Assembly: GCA_964036045.1 (NCBI GenBank)
Contig: OZ038378.1
Span: 16,740,001-16,804,000, forward strand
DNA from: Eutreptiella sp. 'Long Island Sound 2002'
Lineage: Eukaryota; Protista; Euglenida
Direction of reading: 5' to 3'
Length of the DNA stretch: 64,000 nt
The notes beneath the pieces were generated by a model. The model was not told where the DNA came from. It saw nothing but the letters and a program-made list of their open reading frames with translations, and made no database searches. Every line of letters begins with the position of its first letter. The first letter of the stretch is position 1. Made by a program: the position numbers and the translations under genes. Of the stretch, positions 61,201-64,000 are shown in pieces.

Positions 61201-63350
61201 CTGTACCGTAGGTCTGCGCTGCGGCCACTTGGCCGTTGGTGTGTGCCCCATGGTTCCGTCGGCCGCGCCAGTATCCGGTCCAGATCCTACTTTTTTCTTT
61301 TCGGCAGTTACTCGTTCCATAGAACCCGGCTTTGTCTGAGCTGATTTTGTGAAGGCCTCCTCCAAGCTATCTCCCTCTTGGAGGCACACTGTCCACAGGC
61401 GTTGCATATAACTTGAATCGGGATATCTCCACAGAAACACTTCACTGAGGGCTATGGAGCAGGGCAACAGAATTGCGTATTCAAAGAAAGGTAGACAGGC
61501 GTCAACAAGTATCTATCAGTATCATCAAGTGCCAACATCGTACGCCGTAGTGCCAAAAAGTGCCAACAAGTGACGACAGGGATCCACAGGCCCAAATTGT
61601 ATCTTGGGTCTGATCACGTCAGAAGGACAATCGCACAGGCTGCAGACACAAACCCCACACCCTGAACCAAATTCTGTGCGCACTGCGGGGCACAACCGCA
61701 CAAATTCTGGAGGATCCACATGACAAAACACGCAATTTTGACGCACCACGCAGCGCGCCGCATGACACAAGCGCCCGCATAGGGGCCACGTTTCCCACTG
61801 ACATGCCCCGGCACACCCCTTCTGCTACTTCTCTCGGGAACATACGTTGGCTTCAATCATGCCTGCAATCTCTGACACCATCGCGTCTTTATCCAATGCG
61901 GCCTCCGCTTGCAGATATTTGAAAGGTGAAAAGCCCTACGGCAAGGGGCATAGTGACTGTGACGGATTCCAGCTGCTCCCAATATTCCAGTGCACCAATC
62001 GGGGATTGTCGGCACAAACAGCCCCCCACACCCTCCCGCATACCTCTTCCCAGCCCCCCCCCCCCCGATTCCATACCATAACACACGTATTGGAGGGGGC
62101 GGGCGTGCAACACGGCAGGGGGAAGGCCACCGGTCGCCACAGATTCATCGAGGCACCAACGGAGCACCGCAGTTGCAAAGCAAGCGGCCTCGATCGTCAG
62201 CAGTTCCCACCCCCAGCCCCGTCGAAGGGTATGCAAATGATGCATGGCCGGCCGGTGAGCAGTGTTGCCAGGGACGCCATTGTGCTCCCCCTAGGCATCC
62301 TGTGTGCCTTTATATTGGCCACCAAACACACATCCAAACCCCCTCCGCAATACACCCATTAATAACCCCCCCGCCGCCCCCAATCCACCCATTCCTCCCC
62401 CATAACTATATGGCAAACCCCCTTGAGCTGCGCCAACCTCCAGCGCAAAATATGGCGCGACAGCTTGGAACTTGCATAGTACTGTGCCATGCATTGTGGG
62501 GCCTGCATAAGGGTCCCCACGGAGTCCCCTCGCTCGGTGCTTGCTCGGCGGACGCTACTCAACTGTTTGCCTAACTTTCTAACTGTCTGTGGACATTAAT
62601 CAACTCCTTGCGGATCCGGCGGAAGTGTTGGTGGACATCACTCACGACTCACACCTGCAAGATAACCCTTGACGGGTGACCTTGATTATGGGGTGTCCGG
62701 TGTGCAACTGTTGGGGGGCAACGCCAGCTTTCGGTAGACGCTACTCAGCTGTCCGCATGTGCGGCCTGACTCTCGGTGGAGGTTTCTCGACTGTTCGCGG
62801 TGCAGCACATACCAGCCCCCTACCCCCCAATACCCATCCGCCCCAGAATACCTCTGGGGATGGGGAAGGGAGAAATTGGGGGGGGGGGGGGGGGCACTAG
62901 CATCCACCTCCCTGCTGGCCTAGTCCCTGCCAACATTGTTCCCCGTTGCCGACATCTCCCAGAGCGGAGACCGTAGCGACCGTGCATTTCTGTACGGCGG
63001 AACCTCCTCGGCCTTGTCCACGTGCTTCACAAAGGCGTCGGGTCCACTGTGTCGTGCGTATCAGTGCGTGTCAAGACTAGACACAAGGATTGTCAAGCCG
63101 ATCGTGCGGACTAGGCTCATACAGCGTGCAATTTGCTTCCACAGAGCGCCCGATTCAGAGGCCGCAACCGTTCTGATGTACAAAGGGGACCCCCATGACC
63201 CCCAAACTGTGGACATTGGAGGGGACGGGCCCGACTGGCCTGCATCACCAACCACGCGATGCTCGCCTGTCTGACAACATACATCGGTCCTGACCAGAGG
63301 TGCAGCAGGACCCAGGCTGACACACCCACATCAGAACAGAGCGGTTCTTG
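55281..63350 (-). CDS. Multi-exon gene of unknown product; exon set incomplete
   Basis: Short GT-AG-bounded open segments. Some join in phase, e.g. ...RQLE(62576)|T-EAALDKDAMVSEIAGMIEAN (61907-61846) and ...VGLLHLHV(59764)|T-AGWRNRVEFLETVLGLAKALG...QLR|GTGAGT (59167-59041). Also ALSEVFLWRYPDSSYMQRLW...MER (61451-61312) and terminal exon 55445-55281 LAAKFAG...ELKQQ*. Confidence 0.6.
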
Positions 63351-63429
63351 AAGGAGAAAACAACAACAAAGGCCAATGCGTGTCAGTGCAAAGGGCGTGC
63401 AGCAACACACAACAAAATGCCCCCCCCCC

Positions 63430-63775
63430 CCCGCCCCCGGTGTGACATTCCATCGGGTTGCAGTTTCTTGACGGGGCCCTGGACAGTCACCCCTTCTTCC
63501 CTTTGCGTGCTGCGTCGGGTCAATGCCTTCTGACGGCCACTGCGGCCTGTGTTCCTTGTGGTGTCGTTTCGGTGTTAGCGGAGCCCAGTAGTCGGCGTGC
63601 TGGGGTTGTGCTGGTTGTCGCGGGGGTCGTTTTACGGTTTTTGCTGCCCACTCCCCTCCACATCCAGGTCGTCCACCACATGCCATGCCACGTTTCGGTG
63701 TGCGTAAGGCCCCTCCGCGTGTTGTCCTGGTTGTCCGCCACCTGCCTCCCGCCCAATTTCTCCCTCTCCTGTGCG
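63430..63775. repeat. Probable high-copy interspersed repeat (SINE-like) following a C-run
   Basis: Starts after a poly-C tract. The spurious translations (CDIPSGC..TGPWTVT..; GEWAAKTVKRPP.QPAQPQ) match a repeat I recall from euglenid sequence sets. This is memory only and not checked. Confidence 0.45.
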
Positions 63776-64000
63776 TAGTGCACGGGGGTATTGCGCGCAC
63801 CTTCATGGTTTCCGCGGGTGTCGTGTGCACCTCCGCGGGTGGCGCGTGCTCTTTTGTGATTGACGCGGGTGTCGTGCGCGCCTCTGTGGTGGCAAGGGTA
63901 GTTTGCGCTGCGCTGTGCCCGCGCCGTTGTCCTTGGTTCTTCCCACCCCGGTTTTGTCGGAGGCTCCTTCCTTCCCTTTCCTGGCCAACCAGACCTTTCC

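Overview
Eukaryotic, repeat-rich genomic DNA, most likely from a non-kinetoplastid euglenozoan (euglenid-like). This is inferred from a trypanosomatid-type receptor adenylate cyclase interrupted by canonical GT-AG introns. 1-28 kb is a nested transposon graveyard. It holds APE-type LINE fragments, a pogo-like transposase remnant, a possible DIRS-type RNase H, satellites and telomere-like hexamers. It also holds a 4.4-kb element with perfect 18-bp TIRs and TA flanks that encloses a disrupted GBP/atlastin-family GTPase gene. 28.2-41.6 kb (+) contains three spliced exons of a class III adenylate cyclase (partial EGF-like module, TM helix, intact catalytic domain), with 7.4-kb and 4.6-kb repeat-filled introns. 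42-54 kb contains a family of poly-C-tipped, TA-flanked MITEs and a second 4.4-kb TIR/TA element enclosing CBS-domain exons. 55.3-63.4 kb contains a many-exon minus-strand gene that I could not identify. Most notable: (1) Pack-type TIR elements that appear to carry host gene pieces; (2) a recurrent CCAG->CTAG lesion in old transposons that stay CpG-rich, suggesting non-CG methylation or deamination aimed at repeats. All alignments and counts were done by eye; no database searches were run. No rRNA, tRNA or CRISPR array could be supported.
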